A stretch of 56,660 bases of DNA from Candidatus Limnocylindrales bacterium (GTDB lineage: Bacteria > Chloroflexota > Limnocylindria > Limnocylindrales > CSP1-4): NCBI GenBank assembly GCA_038329515.1, contig JBBQNA010000002.1:1-56660 (forward strand), given 5' to 3'. Made by a program: the position numbers and the translations under genes. Under the pieces are notes generated by a model that worked only from the letters and a program-made list of their open reading frames with translations, was not told where the DNA came from and did no database searches. Each line of letters opens with the position of its first letter. The stretch's first letter is position 1. Below are positions 19,647 to 27,593 of the stretch, piece by piece.

Positions 19647-19838
19647 GTGGCCGAGTGACCCGACCAGCGGGTGATCGGGCCGACGGCGTGGTCGCATCGG
19701 CCCTCCTGGGGACCCTCGCCGGCCGCTTGAACCGGCCAGCGGGCGGCACGGCCGCCACGACAAGCACAGGACGGCTCTGATGCACCTCACCGGCTTGATC
19801 ACCCGGCCTGCGGGCAACGACCCGCCGCCGCGCAGGTA

Positions 19839-20021
19839 TCCGGGTTCAGCGAACGGGTGACGGCGCGCTTGGGAGTCGCATCGTGCTTCGACCGCACTCA
19901 GGAGCACCCCTCCGCCGGTTCGATCGCCGTTTCCGGCTACCGAACGCCACCAGGCGTGCGCTGCGCCCACCGATTGGTGATCTGGGACGCCGATCCAGAT
20001 GCCGGCATCCGCTGATTCCGG
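19839..20021. repeat. 182-nt spacer element bounded by imperfect inverted repeats (copy A of a 3-member family)
   Basis: The left end, tccgggttcagcgaacgggtgacgg, matches 25263 at 23 of 27 positions. The right end, cgctgattccgg (20010..20021), is the inverted complement of ccgggttcagcg with one mismatch and one G-U pair. Confidence 0.5.
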
Positions 20022-20042
20022 AGTGCCGTCAGGCAGAACGGG

Positions 20043-20735
20043 TCAAACTTCAGCGGGAACGTCTAGCCACCCTTCACGCAGCGCACGGGTCGCGAGTTCG
20101 GTCCGAGAGTGGACGCCGAACCGCTCGTAGAGTCGCGTCAGGTGCGCCTCGACCGTCCGTGAGGTCACCCCCAGCTCACCCGCGATCTCATCGTTGCTCC
20201 GGCCGTCCACGATGCGCGCCAAGACCTCGCGCTCCCGCACTGAGAGTGGCCGCGTCCCAAGGTCGGGCCGTGTGCTGAAGTGAATGCCACCGTCCGCGAC
20301 ACGCCGGATGGCCGCGATGAGCTCGGCCGTGGGTGCCGTCTTGACCACGAACCCTGCGGCGCCCGCCCGATAGGCGTATGCCGCGTACTGGGGATAGTCA
20401 TAGGCCGTCCAGAGGATGATCGCCGGCCCCGGCCCGCCGACCGGCCGCGCCTGACCTGCGACCGTCGCGGTCGCCTCGCCGCTGAGCATCCGTAGACCAC
20501 TCTCCCCCCCGAGGCGGATGTCCTGGACCACCACATCGGGCGGTTCGTCGCCATCGATGAGGGCCCGGATCTCGGCCAACGACCCGAGCATGGCCACGAC
20601 CTCGATGTCCGGCTCTCGTGACAACAGCGAGGCGGTTCCCTCCCGCAGTGCGGGGTGGTCGTCCACGATGGCGACCCGAATGACTGGCGGGCGGGTTCGT
20701 CTCGCGGTCTCGCTCACGCGCCGATGGCCCGCCAC
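20043..20735 (-). CDS. NarL/LuxR-family response regulator
   Basis: Receiver domain: VAIVDDHPALREG...DVVVQDIRLGGESG. C-terminal LuxR HTH: LSVREREVLARIVDGRSNDEIAGELGVTSRTVEAHLTRLY. An alternative GTG start at 20717 would make a GTGA overlap with the kinase stop. Confidence 0.9.
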   Translation of the reverse strand: MAGHRRVSETARRTRPPVIRVAIVDDHPALREGTASLLSREPDIEVVAMLGSLAEIRALIDGDEPPDVVVQDIRLGGESGLRMLSGEATATVAGQARPVGGPGPAIILWTAYDYPQYAAYAYRAGAAGFVVKTAPTAELIAAIRRVADGGIHFSTRPDLGTRPLSVREREVLARIVDGRSNDEIAGELGVTSRTVEAHLTRLYERFGVHSRTELATRALREGWLDVPAEV

Positions 20736-22066
20736 TCGAGACCCACATGAGCGCCCCGGTTCGAGCCGCCCAGGATCAGCTGGGCGCCGATAGCCTCCGC
20801 ACGCTGCGCCATCGATGCCAGGCCCAGACGCCCCTCACGATCCGCACGGGCGGCCGCGTCCCGATCGATGCCCGGGCCGCTGTCGTCCACGCTCAGGGTC
20901 ACGCTCGCGAGGGTCGCTACGTAGCGCACCACGATGGGCGCAGCTCCGTACTTGAGGGCGTTCACGAGCGCCTCCTGGGCGACCCGGTACGCGGCGAGCT
21001 CGACCGAGGCGGGTGGCCGTGCCGTGGTCATCTGCTGCAGCTGCACAGGCACCCCGGAGCGCTGGGTCAGGCGCCCCACCAGCCATTCCAGCGCAGGGCC
21101 CGTGCCAAGGTCGTCGAGGACGGGCAATCGGAGTTCGCTGCCGACGGCTCGGAGTTCATCTGCCACGCCGCGCGCGATGGCCGCCGAGTCGATGTCACCC
21201 CGATCATCGAGTCGCTGGATGAGCAGCGCGATGTCCGCCAGTGGTCCGTCATGGAGCACCGAGGCGAGCCGGATCCGCTCGGTCTCGGCCGCCGCGACGA
21301 CCCGGTCACGTTGCACCGACGCGCTCGAGGCCAGTCGGGCAAGGGGCAGCAGGGCGAACCGGACCAGCACCACCGCCGTGAAACCGGCCGCCACCAGCGG
21401 CACCAGCAGCACCGGCCACGCCCGCATCGACAGGCACAGAGCTGCGACCCCGGGCGCGGCCCCAACCGCCAGCACGACCAGGGCATCGAGTAACCGACGC
21501 TGCCCCGCCATCGGGACGCGCTGAGGACCGCGGAGGCACTCGAACGCCACGACCACGGCAGGCACCATGGCGGTGCCTGCCACTGCGACCCAGCGAAGGA
21601 AGCGCGTGAAGCTCTCGATGTCACCGTTGCCAACGAGCCAGCCCATCAGGACCCCGGCTCCCGCGAGGCCGAGAGCAGCGAGTCGAGTCCTGACCCGTCG
21701 ACTCGGGTCGATGACCCAGCCCGCAAGGACCCAGGCCAGCGGCACGCCAGCCAGTCCTGACACCACGAGGCCGACGATGGAGGCCGGGTCGCCCCTCCAG
21801 TCCACCAACGGCACCATCGACAGCGGCGCCGTGACCGCCAACGCGAGGGGCGCCAGGTAGCCGCGCCCGGTGGCCGAGGTGGCCACCGTCGACCAGCGCC
21901 ACCAGCAGAGCACGAGGAGGCCGGTCGACAACCAGACCGCGAGCATGGAGCCGGATGCCACGGGAGAGCTGATGGTGGGGGATCGCGCCCACCACGACAC
22001 GAACCCGCCGGCGAGTACCGCGAGCGCCATCGCGAACCAGATCCGATCGAGGGCGGTATGCGACAT
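20714..22066 (-). CDS. sensor histidine kinase (HisKA_3 / NarL-type) with a polytopic N-terminal sensor
   Basis: About 8 TM helices, then ...ETERIRLASVLHDGPLADIALL... (H-box), then HATPase ...DDSGPGID...GRLGLASM.... Confidence 0.88.
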   Translation of the reverse strand: MSHTALDRIWFAMALAVLAGGFVSWWARSPTISSPVASGSMLAVWLSTGLLVLCWWRWSTVATSATGRGYLAPLALAVTAPLSMVPLVDWRGDPASIVGLVVSGLAGVPLAWVLAGWVIDPSRRVRTRLAALGLAGAGVLMGWLVGNGDIESFTRFLRWVAVAGTAMVPAVVVAFECLRGPQRVPMAGQRRLLDALVVLAVGAAPGVAALCLSMRAWPVLLVPLVAAGFTAVVLVRFALLPLARLASSASVQRDRVVAAAETERIRLASVLHDGPLADIALLIQRLDDRGDIDSAAIARGVADELRAVGSELRLPVLDDLGTGPALEWLVGRLTQRSGVPVQLQQMTTARPPASVELAAYRVAQEALVNALKYGAAPIVVRYVATLASVTLSVDDSGPGIDRDAAARADREGRLGLASMAQRAEAIGAQLILGGSNRGAHVGLEWRAIGA

Positions 22067-22199
22067 GGTCCGACGCTAGCACACGCCCTCTCCCACGAGG
22101 CCAGCGGGAATCCACATGTCCGGCCGCGGGACTTGCCCACTTCTCGGCACCTGCGGCGCGGGCCATACTGCAGCGGTCACAACCGCACCAGAGGCCTCC

Positions 22200-23117
22200 A
22201 TGGTCGAGCTCCCGGTCCCGCAGGTGGGTGATCCGGACCTGCCGGTGTCGATGCCGTCGCCCGTGCTGGAGGCGATCGGCGCTTCCAAGCGTTATCGACG
22301 GGGCGGTTCCTGGGCGCTTCGCGAGGTCAGCCTGGCGATCGCGCCCGGCACCATCACCGCGTTGGTGGGCCCGAATGGCGCGGGTAAGTCGACACTCATC
22401 CGGAGCTGGATAGGGTTCGAGGGCCTCACCGGCGGCAGCGTCCGGATCATGGGCATCGACCCGACCGCAGATCGTGCAGGGGCGGTCGGCAGCATCGGCT
22501 ACGTCTCCCAGTCCACTGCCTTGTACCGGGGGCTGACGGTGGCTGACCACCTCTCCCTGGCACGTACGATGCGTCACGGATTTGATGCCGCATCCGCCGA
22601 GCTCCGTTTGGAACAGTTGGACATCCCGCTGTCGCAGAAGGCAGGGACCCTGTCGGGCGGCCAGGCTGCGCAGGTCGCGCTCTGCATCGCCCTCGGGACC
22701 GGTGCGCCGGTGCTGCTGCTGGACGAGCCGCTGGCGTCCCTGGACCCGCTCGCCCGCCACGACTTCCTCAATCTGCTGGTGGCCGCGGTCCGGGAGCGCG
22801 GCGCGACTGCCTTGCTGTCGTCGCACATCGTCAGCGACGTCCAGGCCGCCTGCGACCAGCTCATCGTGCTGGGTGGCGGGCGAGTGACGCTCCAGGCACC
22901 CATCGCCCAATCGGTCGCGGAGCACCGCCTGGTGGCTGCCGGGACGGCACCGCCCGAGATCATCGTGGCGACGTTCGCTCGTCCGGGCGGCGAGTCCATC
23001 GCGCTCATCCATTCGAGCGACCCGGCACTCCCTCCACCGACCCTGGAAGAGCTGGTCATGGGCTACCTGTCCGCAGCGCGAGGGGTGACGGCCGCGACTG
23101 GCCGTCGGGTCGCCTGA
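22200..23117 (+). CDS. ABC transporter ATP-binding protein
   Basis: Walker A GPNGAGKSTL, signature LSGGQAAQV, Walker B VLLLDEPL. The start is uncertain (ATG at 22200 or 22251; the ORF opens at 22116). Confidence 0.9.
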   Translation: MVELPVPQVGDPDLPVSMPSPVLEAIGASKRYRRGGSWALREVSLAIAPGTITALVGPNGAGKSTLIRSWIGFEGLTGGSVRIMGIDPTADRAGAVGSIGYVSQSTALYRGLTVADHLSLARTMRHGFDAASAELRLEQLDIPLSQKAGTLSGGQAAQVALCIALGTGAPVLLLDEPLASLDPLARHDFLNLLVAAVRERGATALLSSHIVSDVQAACDQLIVLGGGRVTLQAPIAQSVAEHRLVAAGTAPPEIIVATFARPGGESIALIHSSDPALPPPTLEELVMGYLSAARGVTAATGRRVA

Positions 23118-24166
23118 TGTCACGCGCCGTGTGGCTGACGTGGAAGATGCACCGGTTCGAGGTCATCGCGGGCGTGCTGCTCATCGGTCTGCTGGCCATC
23201 AGCGCCTGGATCATGACCGGGCACATCACGAGCCTGGGCCTGTCCGATGCCTGCTGGCCGCGGGATGCGGACGGCAACTACGCCACGAACGCCTGCGACT
23301 CCTTGATGAACGACTTCTACTCCATCACCTCGTCCGAAGGCGGCTTCGTGCGCATCGGACTGGCGCTCGTGGCGCCCATCGTGGGGCTCATCCTGGGCGT
23401 GCCCATCGTGGCCCGCGAGCTGGAGCTGCGGACCACCTCCTTCGCATGGTCACTGCAGGCCAGCCGAAGTCACTGGCTGGCGTCGAGGGCGCTGCCGATG
23501 CTGCTCGTCGCCATGGTGGCCTTCGTGGTCCTCGGCATCATGGGCTCGATGTTCTTCGACACCCTCGCTGTCGGGCGCCAGGGAGCGGCACTGACCGAGG
23601 TCGCTTCGGGGGGCGCGGCGCTGGTGGCGCGCGGCCTCATGGCCGTTGGCGTCGCACTCCTGGTCGGCGCCCTCACGGGCCGCACGATGCCCGCGTTCAT
23701 CATCGCTGCCATCGTGGTGGTGGCCTGGTCCGTGATGGGCGTCACGATGATCCAGGCCCAACTGTCCCACGGGTGGGCAGTCTGGACCCCGAGCAACGAC
23801 GACAGCTGGCAGACTGGTCAGCTGGGCTACATCGCGTACGTGGACCACGGCAACTTCGACACGACCAAACCGGGCGAGGATGGCCAGCCGGGTGCGCGGT
23901 TCGACTTCGACACACTCGACCGCGAGGCCATCGCCACCTGTGGTAACGCGCCCGACGACGACAGCGGCGAGTCAGCGGAGTTCCGGGCGTGGGCGGACTG
24001 CGCGGACCCGATCTATCAACGCGGCAATGACGCCGGGTGGAACCTGACGGTGCCGGCATCCCGCTATGGCGACTACGTCGCGGTCGACACCCTGGCCAGC
24101 CTCCTGGTCGGCGGGCTCGCCATCCTGCTCACGTTCCCGGTCGTCGCCCGGCGGCGACCGTCATGA
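23117..24166 (+). CDS. ABC-2 type transporter permease with a large Cys-containing extracytoplasmic segment
   Basis: 349 aa with about 6 TM helices. The start overlaps the ATPase stop. It is a paralogue of the next gene (MSRAVWLTWKMHRFEVIAGVLL vs MSGRAAWLTIKMHRFEVLIAVAL; both contain ...VPIVARELELRT.SFAWSLQ...). Confidence 0.72.
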   Translation: MSRAVWLTWKMHRFEVIAGVLLIGLLAISAWIMTGHITSLGLSDACWPRDADGNYATNACDSLMNDFYSITSSEGGFVRIGLALVAPIVGLILGVPIVARELELRTTSFAWSLQASRSHWLASRALPMLLVAMVAFVVLGIMGSMFFDTLAVGRQGAALTEVASGGAALVARGLMAVGVALLVGALTGRTMPAFIIAAIVVVAWSVMGVTMIQAQLSHGWAVWTPSNDDSWQTGQLGYIAYVDHGNFDTTKPGEDGQPGARFDFDTLDREAIATCGNAPDDDSGESAEFRAWADCADPIYQRGNDAGWNLTVPASRYGDYVAVDTLASLLVGGLAILLTFPVVARRRPS

Positions 24167-25167
24167 GCGGTCGCGCGGCGTGGCTCACCATCAAGATGCA
24201 TCGGTTCGAGGTGCTCATCGCGGTGGCGTTGCTTGCCCTGATGGGGGTCAGTGCATGGGTAGTCGCGGCGCACATGAACGCCGTCACGGTCGGGCCGGAG
24301 TGCTGGAGCCAGTGGGAAGGCTCAGTCGGTCGACTGAACGCCTGCCAGCAGGCCGTGGAGCGGTGGCTGGATATCAACGAACACGAATCCGGGCAGCTGA
24401 CGGGCTTCATGGGGCTGCTGCCAGCGGCCGTCGGTGTCGTCCTCGGCGTGCCCATCGTGGCCCGCGAGCTGGAGCTGCGGACGGTCTCGTTCGCGTGGTC
24501 GCTGCAGGGCATCCGATGGCGCTGGCTGCTGTCGAGGCTCTGGCCGTTGCTGGTCATCGCCATCGTCGGCGGTGTGTTGGTGGGGTTTGCCACGACCGAA
24601 CTGCGATCCGCGAGGCTGGTCTCCCCGTTCGAGGCCGACTCGATGGGCGATATCGCCCGCCAGGGTCCGGTGCTGCTGACCCGGGTGCTGATCGGGTTTG
24701 GTATCGGGCTGTTGGCAGGGTCCCTCGTCGGCCGGACATTGCCCGCGTTCCTCGTGGCCGGGCTCCTGGTGGCGGCATGGATCATGTTCGCGGGGCCCAC
24801 GATCGAGCGATCCGCGGCCTTGTCCCATGTGAGCTACGCGACGGACGAAGCGCTGTCCGGAGGCGGCGTGATCGGGTATGCCAGCGTGCGACCACTGGAC
24901 TGGCTGGGCGAGGCATATCGGGAACCATAGGGCCGGATCATGGACGGCAGCCTGTACGAGCTGGCCTGCCCGGGCGCCAATACCAGCGGATCCGAATGCC
25001 CCGAATCCGCGTTCGTGCCCTACGAGGACTACGAGCGGATGGCGAAGATCGTGCCGCAGAGCGCGTGGGGCTCCATCGAACAGGCCGAGACCGGCGCTGG
25101 TCTCCTGGTTGCGGGCTTCGCCATCCTGCTCACCTTCCCGGTCGTGGCGAGGCGGCGGGCCGGCTGA
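24163..25167 (+). pseudogene. second ABC-2 permease paralogue interrupted by one in-frame TAG (24928..24930)
   Basis: ATGA overlap with the preceding gene. ORFs 24163..24930 and 24940..25167 are in the same frame. The second ORF encodes the missing C-terminal helix (...LLVAGFAILLTFPVVARRRAG vs ...LLVGGLAILLTFPVVARRRPS in the paralogue). Confidence 0.6.
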
Positions 25168-25262
25168 GCACGGCGAACGCACCGTCCCCAGGTCTGCAAG
25201 AGCGCGCTGAAGCGTGCAGGCCGCCGGTCCGCCGCCGCTCCGCCGCATCCCGGACGTACATG

Positions 25263-25444
25263 TCCGGTATCAGCGAATGGGTGACGGCCGCCACGCCCAC
25301 GTGGACCGGAATCCACCACTTTCGGCGCGACTGCCCCTGACCAGATAGCCACAAACGGCTATCTGACTGACCTTCCATCCGACCTTGGGTCACTGCTTGG
25401 TGCCAAGCATCACGGGCGACCCGATCGGCGTTCGCTGTATCCGC
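25263..25444. repeat. 182-nt spacer element bounded by imperfect inverted repeats (copy B)
   Basis: Left end: tccggtatcagcgaatgggtgacgg. Right end: ggcgttcgctgtatccgc, whose reverse complement is gcggatacagcgaacgcc. The interior has a 9-bp hairpin cagatagcc-acaaac-ggctatctg (25342..25365) and the palindrome gcttggtgccaagc. Confidence 0.5.
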
Positions 25445-25554
25445 AAGAGTGTTCCGACGCGCGCCGAAGCGTGCTGCAAGAGCGCCTCGAAGCGCGCAGG
25501 ACCGCTGGCCGTCGAACCGCTCGCGTCCGCCGGACCAACGCCCGCACCACAACC

Positions 25555-25652
25555 ACGGGCGCCGCATCAACCCCCACGGGCGCCCGGCCCGAACTCCCTA
25601 CGGGCGCCAGGCACGCACTGCCTGCGGCGCCCGGCCCGGCCCGCGATCCCTA
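25555..25652. repeat. degenerate 21-27-nt tandem repeats with an ACGGGCGCC core at the polX 3' end
   Basis: acgggcgcc starts at 25555, 25576 and 25600. A related gcggcgcccggccc starts at about 25623. The array runs into the polX TAG stop (25650). Confidence 0.7.
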
Positions 25653-27530
25653 CAGGTGGTGCGGCTTCTCGGCCATCAGTGCCAGGAACTCATCGCGCGG
25701 CAGGGTGTTGGCCACGTGGCGCGCCTCCAGCCAGCCGCGGCGGGCCTGCGCGGTGCCCCAGATGACGTTGTCCCATTCGGACAGGTAGTGCGCGTCCGAG
25801 TCGATGGTGAAGCGGCAGCCCGCGTCCAGTGCGGACCGGATACGCCGGTCGTCGAGGTCCAGCCGCTCGTCGGAGCCGTTGACCTCCAGCAGCGTGCCCG
25901 TCTCGGCCGCCAGTCGGTAGAACGCCTCCCAATCGAGGTCCAGGTCAGGGCGTTGGTCGATCTTGCGTCCGGAGGGGTGGGCGATGATGTCCACATGCGG
26001 GTTGCGCAGTGCGGTCTCGTAGCGCGCCATCAGCTGCGCCCGCGGCTGCTTCCGGCCGACATGCAATGACGCGACGACCACGTCGAAGCGGGCCAGCAGC
26101 TCGTCGTCGTAGTCCAGGCGACCGTCGGTCCGGATCTCCAGCTCACAACCGTGGAGCAACCGGAATCCCGAGGGATGCGCCCCTTCCGGCATCTCCCCTG
26201 CCGCTTCTTCCCTCGCGAAGCGCTCGTTCAGCTCCCGGATCACGAGCCGCTCCTGCTCCACCTGGGCGGGGCTCAACCCGTTGGCGATGGTCAGGCTCCA
26301 GGAGTGATCGGTGAGCACCTGATAGGCATAGCCTCGCCGCCGCGCCGCCTCCGCCATGGTCTCGATCGATTCCTTGCCGTCCGACCACTCCGAGTGGGTG
26401 TGGCAGTCGCCCTGCAGGTCGCTCACTCGCACCAGTGATGGCAGCCGACCCGTCAGCGCGGCCTCGATCTCACCCCGATCCTCGCGCAGCTCGGGCTCGA
26501 TGAACGGCATGCCCAGAAAGTCGTAGACCTCCGTCTCCGTGGCGAACGTGCGCACCTCCGCGTCGGCGCCCGTGAGCACGGAGCCGGACGCGTCCAGGCG
26601 CGCGAAACCGTGCTCCGAGAGGCTCCAGCCCAGGTCACGCGCTCGCTCCCGGAGTCGCACGTTGTGTGCTGCGGACCCCGTGAAGTGGACCGTGTACGTG
26701 CCGCCACGACCGGGCTGGTATGTCATGACGTCCGCCTGGGGGCCACGCAGCAGCTGCACGGACACCCGGTGCTCGCCACCGCGCAGGCCCGCCACCACTC
26801 GCTCCGTGGCAGCCATCGTGCGTACCGCGGACAGGACCTCTGCAGGCTGGTCCGTCTCCACCAGCAGGTCCAGGTCACCTACGTTCTCGCGGCCCCGCCG
26901 CACCGACCCGGCAGCGGTCACGAAACGGACCCCGGGGTACGTCCCGATGAGCAGCGCCAGACGATCCGCGACATCCCGTGCCTCGGCCATGTGCATCCGG
27001 GATGCCGGCCGCGTCTCCAGCTCCGCGAGGCCATCAAGGATGCGCTGCTCGGTCTTGGCCGAGATGCCCTTGACCTCGCGCAGGCGGCCCTCGCCGGCAG
27101 CAGTCTCGAGGTCGGCGAGCGTGGCCACACCCAGGGCGCGCCAGAGGTCGCCCGCGGTTCGAGGGCCGATGCCGGGCACCGCCAGCAGCGTCACGAGTGA
27201 CGGCGGCACCTCCGCCAACAGCTGCTCGTGATAGTGCAGCCTGCCCGTGTCCGCCAGCTCGGCCAACTTCTCGTCGATGGCCTTCCCAACGCCCTCCAGC
27301 CGAGGCGGCGTCCCGGCCCGGTACGCCGCGACCACATCCACCGGGGTATGGGCGATGGAATCGGCCGCCCGCCGGTAGGCGCTGATCTTGAACCCAAGCT
27401 CGCCCCTGATCTCCAGTACGTCCGCGATCTCATGCAAGATGCGCGCCAGCTGCTCGTTGCGCAGCGGGGGTACGTCATCCCCGGCGGCAAAGCTCGGGCG
27501 CCCGTCGCCCACGGCCCCTGCGGGCGCCAT
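25650..27530 (-). CDS. polX: DNA polymerase/3'-5' exonuclease PolX (family X polymerase plus PHP domain)
   Basis: HhH ...LLAVPGIGPRTAGDLW.... Pol-beta nucleotidyltransferase ...AGSVRRGRENVGDLDLLV.... PHP domain ...LQGDCHTHSEWSDG...SLHVG...DIIAHP...IDSDAH.... ATG at 27530 is used; the ORF track's GTG at 27539 is an alternative. Confidence 0.9.
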   Translation of the reverse strand: MAPAGAVGDGRPSFAAGDDVPPLRNEQLARILHEIADVLEIRGELGFKISAYRRAADSIAHTPVDVVAAYRAGTPPRLEGVGKAIDEKLAELADTGRLHYHEQLLAEVPPSLVTLLAVPGIGPRTAGDLWRALGVATLADLETAAGEGRLREVKGISAKTEQRILDGLAELETRPASRMHMAEARDVADRLALLIGTYPGVRFVTAAGSVRRGRENVGDLDLLVETDQPAEVLSAVRTMAATERVVAGLRGGEHRVSVQLLRGPQADVMTYQPGRGGTYTVHFTGSAAHNVRLRERARDLGWSLSEHGFARLDASGSVLTGADAEVRTFATETEVYDFLGMPFIEPELREDRGEIEAALTGRLPSLVRVSDLQGDCHTHSEWSDGKESIETMAEAARRRGYAYQVLTDHSWSLTIANGLSPAQVEQERLVIRELNERFAREEAAGEMPEGAHPSGFRLLHGCELEIRTDGRLDYDDELLARFDVVVASLHVGRKQPRAQLMARYETALRNPHVDIIAHPSGRKIDQRPDLDLDWEAFYRLAAETGTLLEVNGSDERLDLDDRRIRSALDAGCRFTIDSDAHYLSEWDNVIWGTAQARRGWLEARHVANTLPRDEFLALMAEKPHHL

Positions 27531-27593
27531 CAGTGCCACGCTCCTGCGGGCGCCATCAGTGCCACGCTCCTGCAGGCGCCATCAGGCGAGCTC
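27518..27593. repeat. 26-bp tandem repeat (2.9 copies) spanning the GGDEF stop and the polX start
   Basis: ctgcgggcgccatcagtgccacgctc at 27518 and 27544, then ctgcaggcgccatcaggcgagctc at 27570. Confidence 0.92.
27530..27582 (-). promoter_or_regulatory. two consecutive 8-codon mini-ORFs (MAPAGAWH*) linking the GGDEF stop to the polX ATG through TGATG overlaps
   Basis: The minus strand reads ...gcc TGATG gcg cct gca gga gcg tgg cac TGATG gcg ccc gca gga gcg tgg cac TGATG gcg ccc gca ggg gcc gtg... . Each stop shares its A with the next ATG. The third ATG opens polX (MAPAGAVGDG...). Confidence 0.45.

Noticed and set aside
19847-19856. The CGAAC within the recurrent TCAGCGAAC motif as a LexA (Cheo-box, CGAAC-N4-GTTCG) half-site, given that polX is nearby.
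   Set aside because: No GTTCG partner lies at the 4-nt spacing in any of the copies. The motif is not positioned upstream of polX.
24928-24930. In-frame TAG codons (here and at 29494..29496) as possible recoded sense codons, i.e. pyrrolysine or a suppressed stop.
   Set aside because: TAG terminates several well-defined genes here at the expected C-terminal ends (acs, MscS, GAP protein, the 1038-aa gene, TPR, trpS, polX). The second case also carries a frameshift. Nonsense mutation is the simpler reading.
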